Source: a virus (Duplodnaviria > Caudoviricetes). Taken from it: 27,650 bases of DNA. The position numbers and the translations under genes are program-made. The notes under the pieces are model-generated. The model was given only the letters and a program-made list of their open reading frames with translations. It did no database searches and was not told the origin of the DNA. The stretch covers positions 1 through 27,650 of IMG/VR virus record IMGVR_UViG_3300036797_000125; one strand, given 5' to 3'. Positions 8,532 to 14,824 of the stretch are shown piece after piece; the stretch's first letter is position 1, and every line of letters starts with the position of its first letter.

Positions 8532-8601
8532 CTGCTCACCTAATGGAGGTCTTGTCTCAACTAGGTGTCTATAGTATTGACGGAATGTTGATTTTTATTC
8601 A
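8508..8601 (-). ncRNA. Putative sRNA unit 10 (SigG-like promoter)
   Basis: Minus TGAATA(8601-8596)-N17-AATACTA; same terminator as unit 9; plus strand ATGGAGGTCTTG. Confidence 0.55.
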
Positions 8602-8611
8602 GGGGGTAGAG

Positions 8612-8725
8612 ATGAAAAAGTTTATTGAGCTAGTAAATCATTACTATATTGAACCTGCTAAAGAAAAAGGGTTTTGGATTACATTCATAATTGTAGCGAG
8701 CAATATGTATTGGATTAATAAATGA
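8612..8725 (+). CDS. Small hypothetical protein, 37 aa
   Basis: AGGGGG RBS before ATG 8612. Confidence 0.5.
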   Translation: MKKFIELVNHYYIEPAKEKGFWITFIIVASNMYWINK

Positions 8726-8769
8726 GTTTTAAAACAAATAATCCTTTTAGAAGAAAGCGAGGCTAAACA

Positions 8770-9054
8770 ATGACTGCATACCCAACGAAAGAACAAGAAA
8801 CGGTATTAACTTTCGACAACGAAACGAAGGAATGGAGCGCATACTCTTGTGTTCCTAAACACATTCGTAAACTAGTAGAGATAGTCGGAGCGGAAAACGT
8901 TACAGTTATCGAAAAGGATGACGACTCTATCTTAGCGGTGAAATGTACGTTACAAGAAAAGCAAGTAAGTATGAAAAAAGTACGTCAGTATAGCGAGGAT
9001 CAGAAACGTAAGATGGCGGAAAGAATGCGAGCGGTTCGTGGTGTTGTGGATTGA
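8770..9054 (+). CDS. Hypothetical phage protein
   Basis: 94-aa ORF with GAGG RBS; EQETVLTFD...WSAYSCVPKHIRKL. Confidence 0.75.
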   Translation: MTAYPTKEQETVLTFDNETKEWSAYSCVPKHIRKLVEIVGAENVTVIEKDDDSILAVKCTLQEKQVSMKKVRQYSEDQKRKMAERMRAVRGVVD

Positions 9055-9178
9055 CTAATATATTCGTTTTAAAAATAGGATAAATACAAAACTGCAATTT
9101 TTCATTAAACTCTTAAGTACAAACGCTCTTTGACAACCGAATAAAAATCGCTCAAAAAACAAAATGGAGGTGTATTTA

Positions 9179-10522
9179 ATGAACTACGGAGAAATGCTTT
9201 TATCGAAAGTGGTAGATACCGCTAACCCTGTTCAACTTAACCATGTAACAGAACGTGACTTTGTTACAGCTTCGGAAAAGAAAGCGTACCGTTTTATCAA
9301 AGATTACGTAGAAACTAATCGAGGGAAAACGCCCGACTTTCGCACGCTAGTAGCAGAAGTCGACGGCTTCACATACGTCCCAAATGTCGAGGATAGTTTC
9401 GAGTATTTAACGAAACAAATCAAGTCTTATAGCGCTAAAATCGAAGTGATGGAACTCTTACAGAACGAAGCGCCTACCCAATTTGAGGAAAAAGACGGAA
9501 ATAGTTTCCTAGAATGGTTGCGAGAAAAAGTAGACGGAGTTATAATTAGAACAAACGTTCGAGGTAAGGTCGGAACAAGCTTAAAAGCCGATGCAAACAA
9601 GTTTCTCGAAGAATATGATCGCAGGAAAAAAGGCGAGTCATATCGCATTTGGAACAGTCGTTTTCCATTCATTAATAAAGCGATTGGTGGCTACGTTTCT
9701 TCGAACATCTACACGATCTACGGAAAGTCAGGGCGTGGTAAATCCGCAACGACTATCGAAGAAGGCGTAGAGATGGCGTTTCAAGGTGCGAACGTACTAA
9801 TCTGGCTAATGGAAATGGGTTGGTTCGAAGGGATGGTTCGTTTATATACTTCGATTTCTTCTCGTATCGGTGCGACTGTAGCCGAATTAGATGGCGTAAA
9901 TCTAGAAGCGGGATTCGATTCGAAAGAAATCCGTCACGGTAAGTTATCGGAGGAATTCGAAGAAGGATTCAAAACGTTTTTAGCAAACATTAACGATATT
10001 TTACCTGGTAACATAATTGTACGAGGCGTAGATGACGACGACTTTCATCGAAGGGATTTACGTCAATTAGAAGTAGACATTACGGAAACGAACGCAGATG
10101 TCGTTATAGTCGATCCGTTCTATTATCTCGATTATGAGAAAAATACGTCCAAAACAGCCGGTGGAGATGCTGCCGAAACATCGAAAGGATTACGTCGATT
10201 AGCAGGTAAGACAGGCGTAGTAATGTTCGCTATCACACAAGCGGATGAAGTCGATAATAATGAAGACGAAGATGGTCAGAGGGAATTACGCTTACCGAAA
10301 CGTAGTGAAGTAAAGAAAACGAAAGCGCTTTTGGAGGATGCGGCGCTATTGATAGCAGTAGATACTGACTCCAAACAAGGACGTGGCATGATCGGTATAA
10401 ACAAAGGACGAGATGGTGGCGAAGGTGAATCTGCCGAAATCATTTACATGCCACAGATTGGCGTAATTAAAGAAATGGAAACCGGCGAACAGGCAGCAAA
10501 ACAATTTACGAGTGTATTCTAG
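9179..10522 (+). CDS. DnaB-like replicative helicase
   Basis: Walker A YGKSGRGKS, LMEM, VVIVDPFY, AITQA, KGRDG; GGAGGTG RBS before ATG 9179. Confidence 0.92.
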   Translation: MNYGEMLLSKVVDTANPVQLNHVTERDFVTASEKKAYRFIKDYVETNRGKTPDFRTLVAEVDGFTYVPNVEDSFEYLTKQIKSYSAKIEVMELLQNEAPTQFEEKDGNSFLEWLREKVDGVIIRTNVRGKVGTSLKADANKFLEEYDRRKKGESYRIWNSRFPFINKAIGGYVSSNIYTIYGKSGRGKSATTIEEGVEMAFQGANVLIWLMEMGWFEGMVRLYTSISSRIGATVAELDGVNLEAGFDSKEIRHGKLSEEFEEGFKTFLANINDILPGNIIVRGVDDDDFHRRDLRQLEVDITETNADVVIVDPFYYLDYEKNTSKTAGGDAAETSKGLRRLAGKTGVVMFAITQADEVDNNEDEDGQRELRLPKRSEVKKTKALLEDAALLIAVDTDSKQGRGMIGINKGRDGGEGESAEIIYMPQIGVIKEMETGEQAAKQFTSVF

Positions 10523-10534
10523 GAGGGCGTTCAA

Positions 10535-11551
10535 ATGGCAACAATAAAGATTCGTGGACAAGACGTAAACGTAGACATCGAATATGAGTTACGGCAACAT
10601 CACTGGACTAATGAACGGTGGTCATCCGATAAGCTGATTGCAGCCAGTCCACTTCGGTATGAGCACACGCCGAGTTTCTTCGTCAACTTAGACGGAGATT
10701 ACGCCGGCACATGGAAAGATTCAGGTGCGTTTGATGCAGAATGGGAAAGCGGCAACTTTACCAGATTGTTATCTTATTTACGAAATGAAACGTATGAAGA
10801 AACAGAAGATTATCTTTTGGAATCGTATGGCACTAGTTACACTTACGACAACCTCGTACTCAAGCCACCGAAACTCCGGATTGATACCGGTCGCAAGGCC
10901 CTCGATTTTGGTCGGTTGCAAGAGTACGCATATAGGCATCTGTATTTAGGCGAACGAGGTATAAGCGAAGAGGTACAACGGCAAATGAAAATAGGTTACG
11001 ACCGCTTTAGGCAGGCGGTTGTAATCCCGTGGTTTGATACTAACGGAAGATTGGCGAATATTAAGTATCGGAAAACGCGCGGCAAAGCATTCTGGTACGA
11101 AAAGGACGGAAAGCCAATTGGAGATTTGATATACGGGCTACATCTTGCTTATAAACGGAATATTAAACGGGCAGTATATTGTGAGGCGGAAATAGATGCG
11201 ATGTCGTTTATGACGGCTGGGGTTTTCGGATTGGCAAACGGAGGATCATCGTTTAATCAACGTAAGGCAGATCAATTATTAAAGTCGCCGATAGAGGAAT
11301 TGGTTATCGTGGCAGATAATGACCCGGCAGGCGAGAAACTTCGGAAAGAACTTGAGAAATATTTAAACGGTAAAATACGGTTGACAAACGGTTATGTACC
11401 TGGATATAAGGACGCAAATGAGGCGTTGGTAAAAGAAGGCGTAACTTCGTTGATATCTGTAGTTGATAATGCGGAGCCAGTTCGATTAAAATTAATATAC
11501 GTGAATTCACGTAGTGACGGTCGGAGGGAAGATACGATACCTTCCCGGTAA
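10535..11551 (+). CDS. DNA primase (TOPRIM)
   Basis: CEAEIDAMS, VADNDPAG, YKDANE motifs; follows the helicase. Confidence 0.9.
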   Translation: MATIKIRGQDVNVDIEYELRQHHWTNERWSSDKLIAASPLRYEHTPSFFVNLDGDYAGTWKDSGAFDAEWESGNFTRLLSYLRNETYEETEDYLLESYGTSYTYDNLVLKPPKLRIDTGRKALDFGRLQEYAYRHLYLGERGISEEVQRQMKIGYDRFRQAVVIPWFDTNGRLANIKYRKTRGKAFWYEKDGKPIGDLIYGLHLAYKRNIKRAVYCEAEIDAMSFMTAGVFGLANGGSSFNQRKADQLLKSPIEELVIVADNDPAGEKLRKELEKYLNGKIRLTNGYVPGYKDANEALVKEGVTSLISVVDNAEPVRLKLIYVNSRSDGRREDTIPSR

Positions 11552-11558
11552 ATAGATG

Positions 11559-11777
11559 TTATTCCGTTTCCCATTCGTACAACTCTTCGATGTCACAATG
11601 TAATACGGACGCAATGTTACGCACTCGTTCCACATTCGGCAAATTACGCAAGCTGATATAATCGCTTATGGATTGCGGTGTTATACGCAGTTTTCTAGCG
11701 AGTTCGGCTTGTGTAATGCCATTTTTCTTACACAGTTCGGGAATACGGCACCTTCCGACTTTAAACGATGTAATCAC
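11559..11777 (-). CDS. XRE-family HTH regulator
   Basis: ITQAELARKLRITPQSISDYI...PNVERVRNIASVLHCDIEELY; start uncertain. Confidence 0.85.
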   Translation of the reverse strand: MITSFKVGRCRIPELCKKNGITQAELARKLRITPQSISDYISLRNLPNVERVRNIASVLHCDIEELYEWETE

Positions 11778-11808
11778 CCCCTTTCTTAAATCGGAGGCTT
11801 AGAAACTA

Positions 11809-12012
11809 TTATTCTTGATTGTTTACAATTTTAACTACTTTTTCTATAGGTACGTCTAGATGTAGACAGATTTCTTCTATTGTACTCAAATTTACAGACA
11901 TTCCTTTGTTAATATTCGCAATGGTCCTCGCATTCAGAATTGTACCGCGGAGATCACTAATTACCATTTCTTTTTCTTTTAGCGTCTCATGCAACGGAGA
12001 GTAGTCAATCAT
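11809..12012 (-). CDS. XRE/Cro-CI (HTH_26-like) regulator
   Basis: IDYSPL...TIANINKGMSVNLSTIEEICLHLDVPIEKVV. Confidence 0.85.
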   Translation of the reverse strand: MIDYSPLHETLKEKEMVISDLRGTILNARTIANINKGMSVNLSTIEEICLHLDVPIEKVVKIVNNQE

Positions 12013-12051
12013 TTTAACACGTCCTTAAAAAAAGTTTCTCAATCTATTGTG

Positions 12052-12094
12052 TGTTTACAAAAGTAAACATTGGAATTATACTTACATTATACCA
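12052..12094. promoter_or_regulatory. Overlapping divergent SigA promoters with palindromic operator TGTTTAC-AAAA-GTAAACA
   Basis: Plus TTTACA(12054)-N17-TATACT(12077) toward aimR; minus TGgTATAAT(12094-12086) toward the XRE genes; perfect palindrome 12052-12069. Confidence 0.7.
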
Positions 12095-12127
12095 AAATTT
12101 TCTTGTACAGCATAGGAGGGTTTTCAA

Positions 12128-13345
12128 GTGCCGGGGTTTCATAGAGAGATATGCGATATTATTAATGATAGAGACGATATAACATTTACAGCAGTTAGTG
12201 AGAGAATCGAAGCGTCAAAACAATGTATGTCTAAATTTAAAAAGGATGGAACCATAGGGTTTAGAAAGCTTTTGAGACTCTCCTATTACCTATTCCCTGA
12301 TAATCAGGCGGATAAGATGTCTAAATGGTGCCTACAGTTAGATTCGGCAGAGTCTATTCAGCAAAGTTTAGAATACGCAGCGATTACTAGGAATGTTGAT
12401 CTACTTAAGAAACTAATAACAAAGCATAAAAAAGAAGATGGTGTAATTAAGGATTATATAAATGTATACCGTATTCTATACAAGTACATGGTAGATGAAA
12501 TAGAGGGGTTTGATCTTATTGATGAGCTACGTAAAATAGGTCAAATAGAGGATAGTACCTTAGTGATTTTAGTGAATATTATGAAATGTTATACATATTA
12601 CTTCGAAAGAAAGTTTCATTTGATGTTAGAAGTTGCAAAAGAGGCTGAACAAATGATCTTCGATTTAAGTGATGCGAGAAAACTATTTATTAAAGAATGC
12701 TACTTACATAGATTAGCAGAAATATTAGCACCTATATATTTGTTCCAAAATCAATTAGATTTAGCTAGACATTATTCTTTTTTAATAACTAATGCTAATA
12801 TCTGCGCGAAAACCGTTTCAGATGCGTCATACTATATAGGGATGTCGTACTTATTAGAAGATATTGATAAATGTTTGGAGTATCTTCTAAAGAGTCACGA
12901 TATCGCCAAGACTATCGGAGAAGAGTATTTCGAAACGGAAACAAGATATAATTTGGACTATGTGAATGTTTACTTAGGTAAACCTCTAGGGTTAAAATCC
13001 GACCCAAGATTAATCATGTATCAGAATAATAGGTTAAACGGGAAGTTAATTGATGATATAGTAGAAGAAAGGGGAGAAAGAGATTTTTTATTAATGTATC
13101 AAGCACTTAATCAAAACTCACTTCCAAAATTATACGAATGTTTTCAAAAGTTTTTTTCGAATTCAAATTTCTTTTTCTCCGGGTTAGTCGCAAAGGAAAT
13201 CTATGAACGAGGAGATCGTTCTATGATGACCCAAACGTTGATTAATTTTAAATCTAATAACGAAAATGGAGATGTTCAATTTGAAAAAAATTATATTAGG
13301 TGTTTTAGCAACTTTGACTTTAGCGATGGGAGTTTTTGCGCTTAA
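12128..13345 (+). CDS. aimR: Arbitrium peptide receptor AimR (HTH plus TPR, RRNPP family)
   Basis: ~400 aa, N-terminal HTH, SLEYA motif, helical TPR-like body, immediately followed by a secreted-peptide gene. Confidence 0.88.
   Translation: MPGFHREICDIINDRDDITFTAVSERIEASKQCMSKFKKDGTIGFRKLLRLSYYLFPDNQADKMSKWCLQLDSAESIQQSLEYAAITRNVDLLKKLITKHKKEDGVIKDYINVYRILYKYMVDEIEGFDLIDELRKIGQIEDSTLVILVNIMKCYTYYFERKFHLMLEVAKEAEQMIFDLSDARKLFIKECYLHRLAEILAPIYLFQNQLDLARHYSFLITNANICAKTVSDASYYIGMSYLLEDIDKCLEYLLKSHDIAKTIGEEYFETETRYNLDYVNVYLGKPLGLKSDPRLIMYQNNRLNGKLIDDIVEERGERDFLLMYQALNQNSLPKLYECFQKFFSNSNFFFSGLVAKEIYERGDRSMMTQTLINFKSNNENGDVQFEKNYIRCFSNFDFSDGSFCA
12803..12831 (+). promoter_or_regulatory. Bipartite motif copy 2, inside aimR
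   Basis: TGCGCG-aaaaccgtttcaga-TGCGTCATA with N14 spacing. Confidence 0.5.
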
Positions 13346-13409
13346 TGGAGTACAAGACGGTAATGGTAAGTTTCAACAAAGTGCAGCAGAGACAAAACCA
13401 GGCGGTTAA
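13281..13409 (+). CDS. aimP: Arbitrium pro-peptide AimP, 42 aa; predicted mature peptide ETKPGG
   Basis: GGAG RBS, TTG start; MKKIILGVLATLTLAMGVFALNGVQDGNGKFQQSAAETKPGG has a signal peptide and a short C-terminal peptide after AA. Confidence 0.88.
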   Translation: MKKIILGVLATLTLAMGVFALNGVQDGNGKFQQSAAETKPGG

Positions 13410-13432
13410 TAAAACAAAATAAGATTTAATTT

Positions 13433-13462
13433 AAGGGCGGTCTTATTGATCGCTCTTTTTTT
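13433..13462 (+). terminator. Intrinsic terminator after aimP
   Basis: AAGGGCGGTC-ttatt-GATCGCTCTT followed by a T-tract. Confidence 0.8.
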
Positions 13463-13473
13463 GTCCGTTCGAA

Positions 13474-13551
13474 TGTTTACATAAGTACACAAGATGGTAA
13501 TTCCAGTACTTAGTGTACTTTGATAAATATTCCATTGTAATATGCTATACT
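13474..13551 (+). promoter_or_regulatory. Candidate AimR-activated promoter: second operator copy, long-spacer inverted repeat, extended -10
   Basis: TGTTTAC-ATAA-GTACACA (13474-13491); AAGTACAC-N22-GTGTACTT (13483-13520); TGcTATACT (13543-13551) with poor -35. Confidence 0.55.
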
Positions 13552-13603
13552 TTGAACATTGGTAATAAACAAAAAACTTTTTTGAAAAAATATATTAAAA
13601 ATG

Positions 13604-13632
13604 TGCGCGGGCTTGGCCGCTTGTGCGTCATA
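13604..13632 (+). promoter_or_regulatory. Bipartite motif copy 3, upstream of the sigma-like gene
   Basis: GTGCGCG-N13-GTGCGTCATAGT, matching the 1265 copy including downstream AATRTAAG. Confidence 0.6.
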
Positions 13633-13654
13633 GTTAATGTAAGGGGGAATAGAA

Positions 13655-14299
13655 GTGAAAGACGAACAAAAATTGAATATTAACAAGATGGCAAACGATT
13701 ATCTTCGAACAGGTGACGATTTCGTATTTACGGATTTGTACACTAGTTTATCGGAGGTATATCGGGACAAGCTTCGGTATTGGAGCACGAGTACATACAT
13801 GGCAACAGAACACGACATAACCGGATTGTTCCACGATGTAATACAGAAGGTACTGAATAGCTTGCGAAATAACGCTGGCGGCGATTTCGTGAAACTATTC
13901 GTAGTATCACTAGGTAACGAATACAAATCACTATTACGAAAGTTACGTACCAGACGAAAGTACGAATTATATGACGGACATGATAACGATGATGACTCGA
14001 ACACGGCAATGTTCGAAACTCTCAAAGATGAATTCGATTTAGAGGAACACGTTATAAAAAAGAAAGAAGCCGACCAGCGTGAGCTAATCGACTTCCTTAC
14101 AGACCCGGCTAAGGTCAGTGACGAGACAACGACGGCGATCGTTGAAACGTTTATTACGAATGATGGACCAACAACTCCGACGGCAATCGGAAAGAAGTTA
14201 GGCCTTCATCATTCTACGGTAATTCGCAAGATCGAGCGCTTGGCAAAGCGTTTCGATGAAAGACAATTCGGTAATTACCGAGATTATCTTCTTGCGTAA
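13655..14299 (+). CDS. Phage sigma70/ECF-like transcription factor
   Basis: Region-2-like FTDLY...HDITGLFHDVIQKV...DFVKLF...NEYKSLLRK; C-terminal HTH TPTAIGKKLGLHHSTVIRKIERL. Confidence 0.7.
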   Translation: MKDEQKLNINKMANDYLRTGDDFVFTDLYTSLSEVYRDKLRYWSTSTYMATEHDITGLFHDVIQKVLNSLRNNAGGDFVKLFVVSLGNEYKSLLRKLRTRRKYELYDGHDNDDDSNTAMFETLKDEFDLEEHVIKKKEADQRELIDFLTDPAKVSDETTTAIVETFITNDGPTTPTAIGKKLGLHHSTVIRKIERLAKRFDERQFGNYRDYLLA

Positions 14300-14489
14300 T
14301 TTATATATACGCATAGGCATCGCGTATATATCGAAGTTTTAAATAGTTATGTGTACGAAGGGGGCAAAACGCTTCCCTTTGTACTTACAACTAACCGACT
14401 TGGCAGGTCGATCAATTGCAATACTTTTGCTTAACGGTAAGTTGCCTTACCACAAGCTAAGTGAAGTCCACAGACAGGACCTCACTGTC

Positions 14490-14518
14490 ATTATACCGCA
14501 TTACGGAATTGCGTACAA
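14490..14518 (-). promoter_or_regulatory. SigA-like promoter on minus strand with no downstream ORF
   Basis: TTGTAC(14518-14513)-N17-TATAAT(14495-14490). Confidence 0.5.
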
Positions 14519-14824
14519 ATCAATTCTTTGTAAATCCGTTCGACACTATTTGTCATATTACGTTTTATTCTGATATTAAAATATAATAGTATGAACGTCG
14601 ATATAACGTCATTACCTGCGTATTTCCCCCGAATATGAACAACGGGTAGTGACGTCATATGGGCGTTTGGCATATACGTCCTACAAATTCTTGATTTCTA
14701 CCGATGTATCCCCCACGTCGGTATTGCGTAACTTGAGAGATTGTTTAGCGCTGAAAAGCGATAAGTTGCGTAATACGGGCGTGGGAGTCACCCAAGCTCG
14801 AATAATAACGAAGGAGTTGTTTCA

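Larger units (their letters stand above)
8324..8537 (+). repeat. 32-bp exact direct repeat ATAAAAGAGCAGCTAGCAAAAGCTAACTGCTC (8324-8355 and 8506-8537)
   Basis: Read directly; each copy forms a terminator-like hairpin. Confidence 0.9.
5757..8749. repeat. Dispersed 16-bp imperfect palindrome CAAAAT-N4-ATTTTR at cassette junctions (~13 copies)
   Basis: Copies start at 5757, 6051, 6430, 6672, 6814, 6950, 7017, 7149, 7305, 7449, 7603, 8119, 8734; another at 27371. Confidence 0.65.

Noticed and set aside
5311-8749. CRISPR array interpretation of the repeated units
   Set aside because: Repeats are degenerate and irregularly spaced and intervals contain ORFs and promoters. No cas operon; the Cas4-like gene is a stand-alone phage nuclease.
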